Virus genome (UHGV): UHGV-1361989
Reading direction: 5' to 3' (one strand)
DNA length: 47,146 bases
Origin: a virus
A program made the translations under genes and the position numbers. The notes below the pieces were generated by a model. That model was not told the origin of the DNA. It made no database searches and worked only from the letters and a program-made list of their open reading frames with translations. This document shows positions 1 to 11,177 of the stretch, in pieces (positions within the stretch are counted from its first letter, which is position 1; each line of letters opens with the position of its first letter).

Positions 1-1785
1 CTGCAAAGTGAAGTTGATGCACTTCGTGAGAGGTATCTTAGCTTCACTCCTGCCGCGCAAGAGGTGGCTGAGTCACTTGGTCAAGGGTCGCAATTTGCTT
101 CTGATCAGGAAAGGGTGCTCAATGAATTAAATAAAAAATCAAGAGATTTAGCTGATGCTCAGGATAAACTAGCAAGAACTCAGGACACGGCAGCAGAAGC
201 AAGCAGAACCCTAACAAACAACATGCTTACCTCAATGGGGGTGCACGATGGTCTGATTGAGAAAGGCTCGACTCTTGAGAGAGTGCAGGGGGCGGTGGCA
301 AGAGCATTTGGATTGACTGCCGATGAGATAAACAGAGCAAACCAAGCCGGGCAAAACTTCAACCCCAAATCCTTGCAGGTGTCAGCCCCAACAAAAGAAG
401 CTGATAAGATGATTCTCAGTCTTGAGGAGCAGAATCAGCTTTTAAAAATACAGGATGAAAGACAGAGGGCGGTAACAAAAGCACGACTGGAGGCCCAAAA
501 GGTAACTGATAACCCCAATCAGATAGCCAGGGCTGCTGAACTTGCAGGACAGATATATGATTTGAATGAGGCCGAGAAAGCAAGGGAAAAATCGCAAAAT
601 GATTCTCAATCAGCGGCCCAAAAAGCCGCCACAGAGCAGGAGAATATCGCTAATAAACTTGAGCAGTTACGACAAGAATCCTTATTAACAGCAGATAGCA
701 CAAAAGAGCTATCCCGCGAGCAAGCAATACTACAGGCTCAACAATCACTAGGAAAAGGCGCTACAGAGGAGCAAATAAGACTCGCTGGAGAGTACAAGGC
801 TAAGGCATGGGATAATGCCAACGCGATAAAGGCTCAGGCAGAGGCGGAGAAACAAAGGGTAGAAGCTGTAAAAGGATTCGCTGCATTAAAATCGCAGACA
901 TCACCAATGTTTGCCGTTGAAACAAACTATCAGAAGGATTTAGCAGCGCTCAATGCTTATGCGGTGGCTTACCCGCAAAAGATAGCGGAGGTTGAGCAGG
1001 CCAGAGCAGCAATTGAGGAGCAATACCGCCAGCAGCGCCTCGATGCCATGTGGCAGGAGTGGAGCCAGCAGAACGCGGCCACACAAGCGGCCGCTGCTGC
1101 ATTTGATGCTTTTGGGCAAACCGCAAGCAACGCCTTAACTGGCGTTCTGACTGGCTCAATGTCTGTTAGCGAGGCGCTACAGTCAATAGGGAGTAATGTG
1201 TTAAATGCGGTTATTAACTCCTTCGTTCAGATGGGCGTAGAGTGGCTTAAATCGGTAATTATGGGACAGGCAGGGATGACTGCGGCATCAGGGATGGCTG
1301 CAGCCCAAGCCCAAATAATCGCAGCGGCTATGGCGCCAGCAGCAGCGATGACATCACTTGCTACGGGTGGCGCTAACGCAGTACCTGCACAGGCTGGCAT
1401 TGTTTCCACCGTCGGTGTGGCTAAAGCAATGTCTGTTGCCGGGGCATTAAAGAATGGCGGCCCTGCGCAGGCTGGATCAATGTATCAGGTCGGCGAGAAC
1501 AACCTACCTGAAATCTTCCAGGCCAGCAATGGCAATCAGTACATGATACCTGGCGACAATGGAAAGGTTATAAGCAACAAAGACCTTACCGGTGGTGGCA
1601 GTGGTATCATTATTTATAATAATGTCACCAATAACAGCAGCGGAGCAACGGCCTCATCAACAGCAAGAGATAATGGTGACGGCTCTGTTACAATTGAGAC
1701 TATCGTTGCCGACATAGAAAATGGCGGCCCTATTTCTCAGGCTATTACCAGCAACACTACTGCAACCAGAAGGGCAACAGAATAA
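1..1785 (+). CDS. tail tape measure protein, C-terminal part (reading frame enters from before position 1; contiguous in frame with ORF leaving window at 47146)
   Basis: Open frame from nt 1 with no stop until 1785. Ala/Gln-rich coiled-coil repeats followed by Gly/Ala-rich hydrophobic segment. Sits immediately upstream of minor tail genes. Confidence 0.75.
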   Translation: MQSEVDALRERYLSFTPAAQEVAESLGQGSQFASDQERVLNELNKKSRDLADAQDKLARTQDTAAEASRTLTNNMLTSMGVHDGLIEKGSTLERVQGAVARAFGLTADEINRANQAGQNFNPKSLQVSAPTKEADKMILSLEEQNQLLKIQDERQRAVTKARLEAQKVTDNPNQIARAAELAGQIYDLNEAEKAREKSQNDSQSAAQKAATEQENIANKLEQLRQESLLTADSTKELSREQAILQAQQSLGKGATEEQIRLAGEYKAKAWDNANAIKAQAEAEKQRVEAVKGFAALKSQTSPMFAVETNYQKDLAALNAYAVAYPQKIAEVEQARAAIEEQYRQQRLDAMWQEWSQQNAATQAAAAAFDAFGQTASNALTGVLTGSMSVSEALQSIGSNVLNAVINSFVQMGVEWLKSVIMGQAGMTAASGMAAAQAQIIAAAMAPAAAMTSLATGGANAVPAQAGIVSTVGVAKAMSVAGALKNGGPAQAGSMYQVGENNLPEIFQASNGNQYMIPGDNGKVISNKDLTGGGSGIIIYNNVTNNSSGATASSTARDNGDGSVTIETIVADIENGGPISQAITSNTTATRRATE

Positions 1786-2255
1786 TGGCTATAGCTTATC
1801 CATCATGGCTACCGCTTGCGCAGCGTGCCAGCAAGAACATGACGACTCAAACCCCATTCCGCAGCGATCAGCCTGCGGTTGGGGCGCCAATATTTCAAAA
1901 GTTAACGACCGATGTTGCAGTAACATGGAGTTTGACATGGGTTTTCACGCTCAGGCAGGAGCGGGCATTTATGCAGTGGTTGAGAAGCCCAAATTATCTC
2001 AACAAGTGCAATGAATGGTTCACGATGGATATCGATCTTGGTGGTAGCGGATTACAGAATCAGACTTTGCACTTTACTGATTACCCCGTACAGACAAGTA
2101 TCAATGGCGGCATCGTTACATGGACTGGAAATGTCATCTGTAAAACTCTCAATAACTCCATGGATGAATTTGATGATGTGCTTGTTGAGCTTGATGAGAG
2201 ATGGTATTCATGGCTTGATGAAGTCGTTAACAGGGATTTGCCGGAGTATCCATAA
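1785..2255 (+). CDS. minor tail protein (position of lambda gpM)
   Basis: ATGA stop/start overlap with tape measure gene. Synteny TMP-M-L-K-I/J. Confidence 0.45.
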   Translation: MAIAYPSWLPLAQRASKNMTTQTPFRSDQPAVGAPIFQKLTTDVAVTWSLTWVFTLRQERAFMQWLRSPNYLNKCNEWFTMDIDLGGSGLQNQTLHFTDYPVQTSINGGIVTWTGNVICKTLNNSMDEFDDVLVELDERWYSWLDEVVNRDLPEYP

Positions 2256-2725
2256 TGCCAACATTGCGTGAATACCAGTCAAAAAGGCCAAACTGGAAGC
2301 TGTATGACACCATAACCTTTTATCATTCTTCATTTGGTTACGTCCGGCTAGTTGGCAATGAGTTTTCTGATATTGTACTTGGCGGCCAGACTTACCAGCC
2401 AGTGCGCATGGATGTAACCAGGAGCCAGCAATCGAACACACCGGTAATCAATGCCACGCTAAAGTTTGCGAGACTGGCTAATGACTTTAAGCAATATTTA
2501 AAGTTATGGTCAGGGTCTGGTCGTATTGAGCCTATCACCGCCCTATACCAACGCTTTGATGAGACTGACAAAGACGCACCATTAAAACCATATACGCTTT
2601 ATGTAAATGATGTGACGCTTGATCAGTCTGATGTAACTGTCTCCATCTCCATAAAAAACCCAATCAATGGCAACGTGGCAAAACTTTATGACATCACAGA
2701 ATTCCCAGGACTGCGTACCGTTTGA
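2255..2725 (+). CDS. minor tail protein (position of lambda gpL)
   Basis: Start overlaps previous stop. Synteny only. Confidence 0.4.
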   Translation: MPTLREYQSKRPNWKLYDTITFYHSSFGYVRLVGNEFSDIVLGGQTYQPVRMDVTRSQQSNTPVINATLKFARLANDFKQYLKLWSGSGRIEPITALYQRFDETDKDAPLKPYTLYVNDVTLDQSDVTVSISIKNPINGNVAKLYDITEFPGLRTV

Positions 2726-2741
2726 CGATTTTGAGTGGTTG

Positions 2742-3146
2742 ATGACTGGAAAGCCATACGTTGACAGATGTTGTCATGTTGATGCAGTGGACTGCTGGGG
2801 TCTGGTAGTGCTGTTCTATCGTCTTTGCATGAATGTTAATGTCCATCATGATGATTCATATTCAAATGGCGGCGATTTTGTCACTTGTTTCAATGGAGAA
2901 ATTTCATTCTGGAAAGACACAGACCGGCCAAAAATTGGCGATGTGGTGGTTGCATATCGCGGGAGTCACCCGGTACATGTCGCGCTGTGGTGGGGTCGTG
3001 ATAAAATACTGCATGCGCGAGAGAAAACGGCAGTCAAGACAGACCGCCTTAAAACACTCGAAAAATTATCAACAAAATTAAGGTTCCTGACTTATGCCGG
3101 TTATTCACATTCAGAAGATGCCAGGTGTTCCAAAAGAGACGGGTAA
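2742..3146 (+). CDS. tail assembly protein K-like, NlpC/P60 peptidase fold
   Basis: Motifs DCWGLVV (Cys) and HVALWW (His) typical of NlpC/P60 / gpK. ORF-track start 2667 trimmed to the ATG after the upstream stop. Confidence 0.6.
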   Translation: MTGKPYVDRCCHVDAVDCWGLVVLFYRLCMNVNVHHDDSYSNGGDFVTCFNGEISFWKDTDRPKIGDVVVAYRGSHPVHVALWWGRDKILHAREKTAVKTDRLKTLEKLSTKLRFLTYAGYSHSEDARCSKRDG

Positions 3147-5574
3147 TGTTCCTGCTGGCACTAATCTGTGGAGATGGCTGGAGAATTCCGGTCTTCCATC
3201 TGACATCAGGATTGCACTGAATGGCCGCATTTTTGGCCCTGATGATGAATTGTCGATATCGTTAAAGCAAAACGATATTGTTAACATTTACTGTCAGCCT
3301 CGCGGCGCCATTGGCGACCTTATCAGCACGATACTCAAGCCTGTAACTAAGGTTCTTTCTTTTCTGCTGCCAAAAGCATCAACGCCATCAACCAGCACTG
3401 GCACGACGGTTGAATCACCCAATAACAGCCTGAAATCGCAAACCAATATTGCGCGAAATGGAGAGGCAAGACCTGACAACTTCGGTCAGATAAGGGCATT
3501 CCCTGACCTGATTCAGGAATCTCTTTTTGAATACATTGACGATTTGAAGTACGTCACAGAGTTCATGAATTTTGGCCTTGGGAAATACACCATTTCATCG
3601 GTTAGATATGCAGAAACAAACCTCGGGTCTTTACCCGGTGCCACTCATGTCATCTACAATCCAGGTGATGTGATAGGGCAAATCATTGAGCCTTACCAGT
3701 TCGACGGACTTGATGGTCAGGAGGTTTTAGGGCTAAACGAGTCAGAAGATACCCCGATAGAGACGGCAACCACAACATCTGTTACCAGTGGGAATTATGC
3801 TGGCGGTCAGCTATTAATGGTCATACCAAAAAACACTGATTTCGATTACTTTATGGGACTATCTTTGCCTCACTCCGTATCATTAACAATAAATATTACC
3901 TACAACTCTACATCAGGGCCAGTTACTGAAAACATTCAGCTTAGTGGCAACATCATTTCAGCTGAGGAAACTGAGACAGGCGTCATTCCTGATATTCAGT
4001 ATTTTTATAATTTCACATTCAATAACCTGACTGGCGCAAATCTTGGCAACCTGACAGGCGCAACCATCAACAACACTTATTTCCAGATTGTGGATAATGA
4101 GGCGCTTGTTGTTGGCCCATATGTTGGAGCTGTGGAATCAACGCAGGTATGGGTTCATGTTCAGTCTGAGCTTGGTCCTACCAGTGGCACGGCAGATTAC
4201 CTGATCAAGGTATGGGCGGTTGATGATAATGGGGATGCCATTCCAGGAACCGAGGAGCAGCTTGCAGACAGTATTGACAACCCATTCAATCAGACAACCA
4301 AAACCTATTATCGCACGTATAAGTTAACTCCTGCTTATGGGTTGGCTAAGTATGCCATCAGCATTGAAAGGACAAACAACTCAAACTCTGGCAACCGCGT
4401 AACGTTGCAGGCGGCGCACGCCATCAACATCCGCGAGAATGTAGTTTATCCTGATGACACCCTTGTTAAAGTCACGGTGAAGGCCACGCTTCAGCCCACA
4501 TCAGTTACTGAGCGCAAATATAATGCGCTGATCACCCGCTGGACTATCGGATATAACAGAACAACCGGGACAGTAGACTATACGTTAACACCATCAAGAA
4601 GTTTTGCAGATTCAGTGCTGCATAACTGGCTTATTACTGCTGGTCAGCCTGAAAGCACGATTGACGTGGGAAGATTATATGAAATAGCTGATGCGCTGCC
4701 TGATGAGCGTCTTGGGTACTTTGATTACACCTTTGACGATGAGGATAAGTCCATTGGTGAGCGAATCCAGACCATCTGTGATGCCGCTCGCGTAACTGTA
4801 TTTTGGGATGATGGCGTCTTGTCTTTCTCAAGAGATGAGCAAAAATCAACCCCTGAAACTGTGTTTAATACCAGAAACACGCAGGCTGATGGCTATAAAA
4901 TGTCTTATGACATGACTTTGCCAGGCTCATATGATGGCGTAAGCGTTCAGTACCGTGATCCAAACACAAACAAGCAGGCTTACGTTTATTATAAAGTTGG
5001 GGCATCTGGTATCGAACCTGGAGAGCCAACTAAGCCGAAAAAATTCGACATGCTATATGTTCGAAACCTGTATCAGGCAACAGACAGGGCTATGCTTGAA
5101 TGCAATCGCCTCATGTACTCTCGTCGTGGAATGGAGATAAAAGCGCTTGCCGATGGAGAGTGGGTGAACGTTGGCGATATGATTTCTGTTGTCGACATTT
5201 ATGATTCTGTACAGCAGACTGGCGTTATCCGATCAAGGTCTGGAAACGTATTTACCACCAGTGAACAGCTCACAGCAGGAAGCGGCCTGTTTGTGGTCAT
5301 CACTGGCGCCAATGGGAATGTGTCAGAACTCCTGGCTTGTACCGTTACTGGATTGAATACATTCGAGTGCGCATTACCATCTGATTTCGAGTTAAACATT
5401 TTTGACGGTGTTAATGTTCAGTCAGAATCAAGATATGCCATCTCCACAGAGGTTGAGCTTGATTCAACATTATGGACAGTCAGCCAGAAAACTCCAGGCA
5501 CAGATGGTACAGTCTCACTTACTGTAACTGAGTACAATGATGCCATGTACGCCTACACCAACCCTGTTGCATGA
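3094..5574 (+). CDS. distal tail / central tail fibre protein (lambda J-like), N-terminus with gpI-like beta-grasp segment
   Basis: 826 aa, Thr/Asn/Gly-rich beta-structure. Position after K-like gene. RBS aagg upstream of ATG 3094. Confidence 0.55.
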   Translation: MPVIHIQKMPGVPKETGNVPAGTNLWRWLENSGLPSDIRIALNGRIFGPDDELSISLKQNDIVNIYCQPRGAIGDLISTILKPVTKVLSFLLPKASTPSTSTGTTVESPNNSLKSQTNIARNGEARPDNFGQIRAFPDLIQESLFEYIDDLKYVTEFMNFGLGKYTISSVRYAETNLGSLPGATHVIYNPGDVIGQIIEPYQFDGLDGQEVLGLNESEDTPIETATTTSVTSGNYAGGQLLMVIPKNTDFDYFMGLSLPHSVSLTINITYNSTSGPVTENIQLSGNIISAEETETGVIPDIQYFYNFTFNNLTGANLGNLTGATINNTYFQIVDNEALVVGPYVGAVESTQVWVHVQSELGPTSGTADYLIKVWAVDDNGDAIPGTEEQLADSIDNPFNQTTKTYYRTYKLTPAYGLAKYAISIERTNNSNSGNRVTLQAAHAINIRENVVYPDDTLVKVTVKATLQPTSVTERKYNALITRWTIGYNRTTGTVDYTLTPSRSFADSVLHNWLITAGQPESTIDVGRLYEIADALPDERLGYFDYTFDDEDKSIGERIQTICDAARVTVFWDDGVLSFSRDEQKSTPETVFNTRNTQADGYKMSYDMTLPGSYDGVSVQYRDPNTNKQAYVYYKVGASGIEPGEPTKPKKFDMLYVRNLYQATDRAMLECNRLMYSRRGMEIKALADGEWVNVGDMISVVDIYDSVQQTGVIRSRSGNVFTTSEQLTAGSGLFVVITGANGNVSELLACTVTGLNTFECALPSDFELNIFDGVNVQSESRYAISTEVELDSTLWTVSQKTPGTDGTVSLTVTEYNDAMYAYTNPVA

Positions 5575-5603
5575 TACAATAGGGCAATTAATGATTATGG
5601 AGA

Positions 5604-7769
5604 TTGCAGCCGATGGCTACTACCCCAACTAACAAGCCAATTCCTTCTGAAGACCCGCGCGACCTCAAGTTTAACGCCGGTAAGATTGATGAAGAGGTTA
5701 ACGGAAGTTCTGATTACTACACCGACCGATTTGACGCACAGAGGCTGACTAATACCGGCAGGAATCACCAGTTTCAGACAGCACAAGATGAGCGTGAGGC
5801 AGAATTTGTTGCGTCACAGGTGGATAAAGAAGCGCGTTTTCAGCAATTCCTCTTAAATTCTGGTTATCAGTTTTTGGGAGATTATGAAAATGGGCCATAT
5901 ACAATAACGGCGCTTAACCAGGTAATTCGTTATCAGGGTGAATTCTGGCGCTTAAACGCATCAACAACACCTCCATATACAACTACAGGGATTGATAACA
6001 CCTCTTGGGCGGTAGATGTGACCCATCTTGTAAGCGTTGGTGATGCAAAATTAAGACAGGATTTAAGTTCAACTACTTTGCCTGGTTTATCATTAGTCGG
6101 TCTTTCTGGTAATGGTAATTTAAACCATCTGCTAGGCAATCATACCTCTCCTGAGGCGTGGGGAGTGGTGCCAAATTCAGAAGCATCAGCTCATGCAAAC
6201 TCTAGAAAGATGTTTGACATGTTTGAAAGTTTAAGATCGAAAGGCGGCGGTGTCGTATTCTTTACTCCTGGTAGAACATACTGGATTGACTTTATTCAGT
6301 TCGTACCAAGTAACGTTGTTATAATTGGCTACGGCGCTACATTAAAGCAAATAAACCCTTTATCAATGTATGGACGCGGTGGTTTTGTGTTTGGTAGCAG
6401 TAGGGAATGGAACTATCAAAAAGCTAAAACGGCATATCTTGCAAACTCCTACCCTGCATCTGTATCTGATTCATCAATGCCTGAGTTGTCTTTAGGTTCA
6501 TATTTAAGGGATAACCAATCATATTTACAGTGTGAAAGATGTACTGTGTATGGTTTGCGTATGGAAACAAAATTTACAGATTCTACATATTGGGGTGGTT
6601 ATGCATTTAATACAGTAAACGCGCAACACATCAGATTTTACGATGTTAAAGGAAGTGGTTGGACACAGCTATTCAATTTCGGTAATGATAGTTCCGCATC
6701 ATCACCATCTTGTGATGATGTATATGCATTCAACTCAACAGTAGAAAGCGCAGATCTTGTTCGTTCTTACTATGCGATTGGTTTTATAGCCAACTCTACA
6801 AACTGTGGTTTTGATACAGCGGTTCTTCTAAAACCAATGACAGTTGATAGCATTAATGGGTCTGGTGCAGCAACAAACCACACTGAAAACTGCGTAATCA
6901 GAAATATAAACATACCAGATTTAGGGTTAACTTCATCATCTGAAGGTGTTTTATTAAATAACTCTAAAGGTTGTTTAATAGAAAATATTGATATCAGGAA
7001 TTGTAAAAACGTAGTTAGTACATACTATACCGTCGATTCATACAATGACACTGCAAAACCTAATATTTTAAGGAATATTAGTGGTCAAGGCGTTAACATT
7101 ATAGCAATCAGGTCTAAATATGCACACATTGAATCATTTGAAGGAGTAGGTACATACACGAATGAAGTTCAATTTGCAAACAACAATGCATCAGGCAATA
7201 CCATAAATAAAAAACCAAAATCAATTGGTTTTGGTGGGACTAACTTACAGTCATGGTTTTTAACAAATAATACGGTAAAAGGATGGTCGCGAAAATATTT
7301 TTATATTCGGCCATCCGAAATTTTGTTGAACGATAAAGTAGACACTTTTTCATGGAATTATAATAAACTTGTCGCAACAAAATCAGGAGTAAATCTTTAC
7401 TTTATGTGGCGAGTTCCTGACGATATCAATGCAATTGATGATATTCGCGCTTTTATTAGATTTAACACTGCCGTAGATCAAGATGCTTCTGTTGCTGGAT
7501 CTACAGTAGAGGCAAGTTTGATACAAATGGTCGCTTTCGATGGTAACATTGGTGAAACACCATATGTTGCTTTTTCAAACAGCAAGATTGCAACAGCGGG
7601 TGTAGAAGACACAACGGTAGTAACGCAAATGGGTAGCAATGTACCAGGTTTGGTTTATATGGATGATACTACACATGGTTTATCCTATAGCTGGTATGTG
7701 CTGTTTAAAATGACAAATAATGTCAACAATAACTACATGAAAGAAATCAGAGTAGCGGGGTATAACTAA
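5604..7769 (+). CDS. tail fibre / tailspike with beta-helix receptor-binding domain (possible polysaccharide depolymerase)
   Basis: 721 aa. Conserved-looking N-terminal anchor, then Asn/Ser/Gly/Thr-rich repeats typical of right-handed beta-helix. Coding DNA is markedly AT-rich relative to rest of genome. Confidence 0.55.
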   Translation: MQPMATTPTNKPIPSEDPRDLKFNAGKIDEEVNGSSDYYTDRFDAQRLTNTGRNHQFQTAQDEREAEFVASQVDKEARFQQFLLNSGYQFLGDYENGPYTITALNQVIRYQGEFWRLNASTTPPYTTTGIDNTSWAVDVTHLVSVGDAKLRQDLSSTTLPGLSLVGLSGNGNLNHLLGNHTSPEAWGVVPNSEASAHANSRKMFDMFESLRSKGGGVVFFTPGRTYWIDFIQFVPSNVVIIGYGATLKQINPLSMYGRGGFVFGSSREWNYQKAKTAYLANSYPASVSDSSMPELSLGSYLRDNQSYLQCERCTVYGLRMETKFTDSTYWGGYAFNTVNAQHIRFYDVKGSGWTQLFNFGNDSSASSPSCDDVYAFNSTVESADLVRSYYAIGFIANSTNCGFDTAVLLKPMTVDSINGSGAATNHTENCVIRNINIPDLGLTSSSEGVLLNNSKGCLIENIDIRNCKNVVSTYYTVDSYNDTAKPNILRNISGQGVNIIAIRSKYAHIESFEGVGTYTNEVQFANNNASGNTINKKPKSIGFGGTNLQSWFLTNNTVKGWSRKYFYIRPSEILLNDKVDTFSWNYNKLVATKSGVNLYFMWRVPDDINAIDDIRAFIRFNTAVDQDASVAGSTVEASLIQMVAFDGNIGETPYVAFSNSKIATAGVEDTTVVTQMGSNVPGLVYMDDTTHGLSYSWYVLFKMTNNVNNNYMKEIRVAGYN

Positions 7770-8038
7770 TGACCGGTTCAGAATCAAGAAAAGCACAAGA
7801 TCTCTTCTTTGGTATTATTGATTATTACGCTAATCTTTCAGGCACAGACATAACTGAAGATCAGTTGAAACAACGCGATGAAATAATAAAAAGTGGATCT
7901 ATAGAATGTGATGATTCTTTAGATAGTGAAATCTTAGATTTGCAAGATCAATTTCTTGCAAAAAAAGAAAGTAACATCATAAATAAAGATCAAATAGCGA
8001 TAGTTGAAAAAGCACTATCGCTATTAAAAAAATCTTAA
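7769..8038 (+). CDS. hypothetical acidic protein (possible fibre chaperone)
   Basis: ATGA overlap with fibre gene. AT-rich like the fibre. No recognisable motif. Confidence 0.3.
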   Translation: MTGSESRKAQDLFFGIIDYYANLSGTDITEDQLKQRDEIIKSGSIECDDSLDSEILDLQDQFLAKKESNIINKDQIAIVEKALSLLKKS

Positions 8039-8054
8039 TTATCATACTGGTAGT

Positions 8055-8090
8055 AACGTGCATCTCATTTGATGCACGTTATATTTATTT
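8055..8090. terminator. bidirectional rho-independent terminator between convergent fibre and SSB transcription
   Basis: Perfect inverted repeat AACGTGCATC / GATGCACGTT with 6-nt loop, followed by ATATTTATTT. Confidence 0.6.
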
Positions 8091-8097
8091 AAATCAC

Positions 8098-8601
8098 TCA
8101 GAATGGGATATCATCATCAAAATCCATCGGCGGTTCGTTTGACGGTGGTTTTGACGTGTTTGATGGTTGCTGAGGTTTACCCCATCCTGATTGCTGATTA
8201 CTTCCTGACTTTTGCCGCTGCTGTGACTGTTGGTTTCCATTATCACTTGATTTACCACCAATCATTTGCATAACGCCGTTCATAGGCTGCAAGACGATTT
8301 CAGTAGTGTATTTTTCAACACCGCTTTGATCTGTCCATTTGCGAGTACGTAATTTTCCTTCTACATACACCTGAGAGCCTTTGCGCAGGTATTCGCCAGC
8401 CACCTCTGCCAGCTTTCCGAAGATAACCACGCGATGCCATTCTGTCTGCTCTTTCTTTTCCCCTGTTGCTTTATCGTTCCACTGCTCTGATGTTGCCAGA
8501 GACAGATTGCACACAGCGCCGCCAGAAGGCATATATTTAACTTCCGGGTCTTGTCCGAGAGTGCCCAAAATGATTACTTTGTTGATTCCTCGAGATGCCA
8601 T
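8098..8601 (-). CDS. ssb: single-stranded DNA-binding protein
   Basis: OB-fold N-terminus, Gly/Gln-rich linker, C-terminal acidic tail ending DDDIPF. Confidence 0.95.
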   Translation of the reverse strand: MASRGINKVIILGTLGQDPEVKYMPSGGAVCNLSLATSEQWNDKATGEKKEQTEWHRVVIFGKLAEVAGEYLRKGSQVYVEGKLRTRKWTDQSGVEKYTTEIVLQPMNGVMQMIGGKSSDNGNQQSQQRQKSGSNQQSGWGKPQQPSNTSKPPSNEPPMDFDDDIPF

Positions 8602-8610
8602 AATTTACCC

Positions 8611-9651
8611 TTAAAAGTTTTCGATGTTCTGTTGAGATGTTGATGGCTTCTCTTCGTTTGCAGATGACGTAGGCGCATCTGCTTTCTGGAGTTTTGCCGG
8701 GTTGAAATCGTCCTGCGGTGTGATAGTTACCGCTGCTGGCGATTCATCATTAATGAATGACTCAATGCGCTCATACTCTTCTGCTGATGCCTTCAATGTA
8801 GGCCAGATTGCGCGAATTTTTGCTTTCACTGAATCAGGCAAGTTAACTGCCTCGGCAGTTAGCGCAGCAACTCCTTTTGACGCCGTCATTTGAAGTTTAG
8901 AGCGCCAGTGCTCAAACTCTTCGTCGACCTTGACACCTGAATCCACCCATTTAATTAAACCTCGCCCATGAGCTTCGCCTAAGTATCCTTCGTGTACACT
9001 ATCACGGCCTGAATCAAAGAAAATTGGGCGCAATTCTTCTGGTAGCTTGGTAAATTCCTGAATTTTTCCATTATCATACATCATCATGCTTACTGTCATT
9101 TCAAACATAAAATCTTTTTCGCATACAGCATGCAATCCGAGGGATTCAGGTTTCTTGGGGTTTTTAAAGCTCGTTTTCTCTCTGGCGCGTAAACATACAA
9201 TGATATGCATATTGCTCTGCAAAAGAGCGCTCATGAATTTTTTATGTTCAGACTTAGCTCGCTTCCAGTCTGCCATTGCCTTACCCTGCAATAGTGGTTG
9301 CTCTGCAATATCATTGCATCCTCCTTCACCTTCCCATTCGTGCGATCCTGAATCAATAACCAGAACCTTAACGCCTGCCTCCTGAAATTCCTCGATAGCC
9401 TGGCGGTAACGAGCTGGACTAAATGGCGCATACAAATCAGCGTGCATAAATGGACCGTCAAGCTCTCCAGAATAAAGCCTGCCTCGACCATTTTCAGAGT
9501 CAAGAAATCCAATTTCTTCTGGTTTATTAACCATACCTCGCGCCATCTTTAGTGCCGTAAGTGTCTTTCCACTACCAGACTGCCCTGAAATGCCAATCAC
9601 TACGCGAGAACCTGAGCGCTCTGCTGGCTTAATGTTTAAAATACCCATCAC
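8611..9651 (-). CDS. RecA-like / AAA_24-type ATPase (Sak4-like recombination-associated)
   Basis: Walker A GISGQSGSGKT near N-terminus. Adjacent to SSB and PD-(D/E)XK nuclease. Confidence 0.6.
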   Translation of the reverse strand: MMGILNIKPAERSGSRVVIGISGQSGSGKTLTALKMARGMVNKPEEIGFLDSENGRGRLYSGELDGPFMHADLYAPFSPARYRQAIEEFQEAGVKVLVIDSGSHEWEGEGGCNDIAEQPLLQGKAMADWKRAKSEHKKFMSALLQSNMHIIVCLRAREKTSFKNPKKPESLGLHAVCEKDFMFEMTVSMMMYDNGKIQEFTKLPEELRPIFFDSGRDSVHEGYLGEAHGRGLIKWVDSGVKVDEEFEHWRSKLQMTASKGVAALTAEAVNLPDSVKAKIRAIWPTLKASAEEYERIESFINDESPAAVTITPQDDFNPAKLQKADAPTSSANEEKPSTSQQNIENF

Positions 9652-9671
9652 TTCACCTCATTTACTATAAA

Positions 9672-10628
9672 TTACAGGTTAAATTGCTTTTTGAACCATT
9701 CTGGCGTTTCCATTTCGATGACCGGATTACCCATTGAGTAACCGGGCCATGAATTGGCTTTTTTGCATGCCTTATAGATTTCCATAGCGCTGCGCAGCTG
9801 AATGCGGCCAATACGTAACTGCTCATCCGTCAGGCGAATCAGCGCAGGGATGAATGGCGATTTCTTCTCCTGAACCAGGAGGTTTACAGATCGAGGTGCA
9901 TGCCCATAAGCCTCTACAAACATGTCGTGCTGCATTGCCATTTTCATAAAGTACCCGAGCCGCGCTGCATGGCGGAAAAACTCATCAGGCTTGGCGCTAA
10001 CCGCTGTTTTGTAGTCAATAATGTCGCCACCGCGAGTAAGACAGTCAAAGCGTACCTTTGATGGTTCGCCAAGCAACTGACCGAGAATTGACACCTCGGA
10101 ATAAGCACCAGAAAGCAGACTGCTGTAATAGCTGTTTGCATGGATTACGGCGCGCATCTGCATGATAGCGTCATAATCAGTTCCATCAAGCATATGCTTA
10201 CCAGTAGCGGACTTCTCTGCCTCTTCTCGGATAACATCGTAAATCTGCACTGGCTCGCCAGTGGCCTGAATAATTTTAATCACTTCGGCTTTAGTCTTAC
10301 CTGAAAGACCTTTGATGCCTCGCTCTTTCGCCCATGAGTTCATGTCAGAAGCAGTTACCAGCACCGTGCGATTGCCATCTTTGTCTTTTGGAAAATCTTC
10401 GACAACTGGCATGCGGGCATATTCTGCTTCGAAGCGCTCAGGCTCAAGCAGTGCGGTATGGCTACCAGTACCAAATATCAGAGCCTTTGACTGCTCATCT
10501 TCTTCGTCTTTGTAGCGCCACGCTGCCGGGCAGCGGTCATAGATGTTCCACAGGCCAGAGCCGTTGATGTGCTCGGTGTCAGCGTGGTAATCATGATTGC
10601 TTAATTCATTGTTAAAGTAAACCTTCAT
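9672..10628 (-). CDS. PD-(D/E)XK family exonuclease (Cas4/RecB-like)
   Basis: Motif GGDIIDYKT (D-x-K catalytic motif) near C-terminus. Recombination module context. Confidence 0.65.
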   Translation of the reverse strand: MKVYFNNELSNHDYHADTEHINGSGLWNIYDRCPAAWRYKDEEDEQSKALIFGTGSHTALLEPERFEAEYARMPVVEDFPKDKDGNRTVLVTASDMNSWAKERGIKGLSGKTKAEVIKIIQATGEPVQIYDVIREEAEKSATGKHMLDGTDYDAIMQMRAVIHANSYYSSLLSGAYSEVSILGQLLGEPSKVRFDCLTRGGDIIDYKTAVSAKPDEFFRHAARLGYFMKMAMQHDMFVEAYGHAPRSVNLLVQEKKSPFIPALIRLTDEQLRIGRIQLRSAMEIYKACKKANSWPGYSMGNPVIEMETPEWFKKQFNL

Positions 10629-10631
10629 GAT

Positions 10632-11135
10632 TCACCGCCTATAAAATTCCTTAAAATTAACTCGCCTAAATTCCTCTGCGGCATTTTTAGCATCCTCAAT
10701 TGATGAGTATCTGCCAAGATTTTTCATCTTTCCATTTATTCTTCCGTATGCCATCCACTTCTTGTTTCTCTTGTCCCAATAAACACCCTTTACGCCAGAG
10801 GTGTTATTTTTAAACATACCTTTGTTAAAGGAACTCTCCGACTTGCTTGCAAGTCTTAAGTTTTTTATTGAGTTATTGCTTGTATTTCCATCAATGTGAT
10901 CAACAATCATTCCATCAGGAATTTCACCGTTAACATACGTCCATATGAATCTATGCAATAACCATTTTCTCCTTCCGAATGAGATAGCTTTATATTTCGC
11001 ACCTCCTCTTGAGGTAATTTCATGTTTATGAATTGCAGAATCACCTGCTTTCGCTAATCCTCTACTCTTTCTCCAAAAAATAGAGCCTTCATCAGCATTA
11101 ACAATAAGCCATTCATCTACATAATATTTATCCAT
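10632..11135 (-). CDS. HNH homing endonuclease with AP2 DNA-binding domain
   Basis: VDHIDGNTSNNSIKNLRL (HNH_3) plus SGVKGVYWDKRNKKWMA (AP2). Paralogue of 20240, 21387, 32584, 44227. Confidence 0.85.
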   Translation of the reverse strand: MDKYYVDEWLIVNADEGSIFWRKSRGLAKAGDSAIHKHEITSRGGAKYKAISFGRRKWLLHRFIWTYVNGEIPDGMIVDHIDGNTSNNSIKNLRLASKSESSFNKGMFKNNTSGVKGVYWDKRNKKWMAYGRINGKMKNLGRYSSIEDAKNAAEEFRRVNFKEFYRR

Positions 11136-11177
11136 ACAACACCTCTTTGGTATTATTGGATTGTAAGGTGGTATGAA

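Noticed and set aside
180-1409. Minus-strand ORFs 180..368, 950..1159, 1227..1409 inside the tape measure gene
   Set aside because: Antisense to a long uninterrupted coding frame, Ala/Pro-rich low-complexity translations from GC-rich repeats, no RBS.
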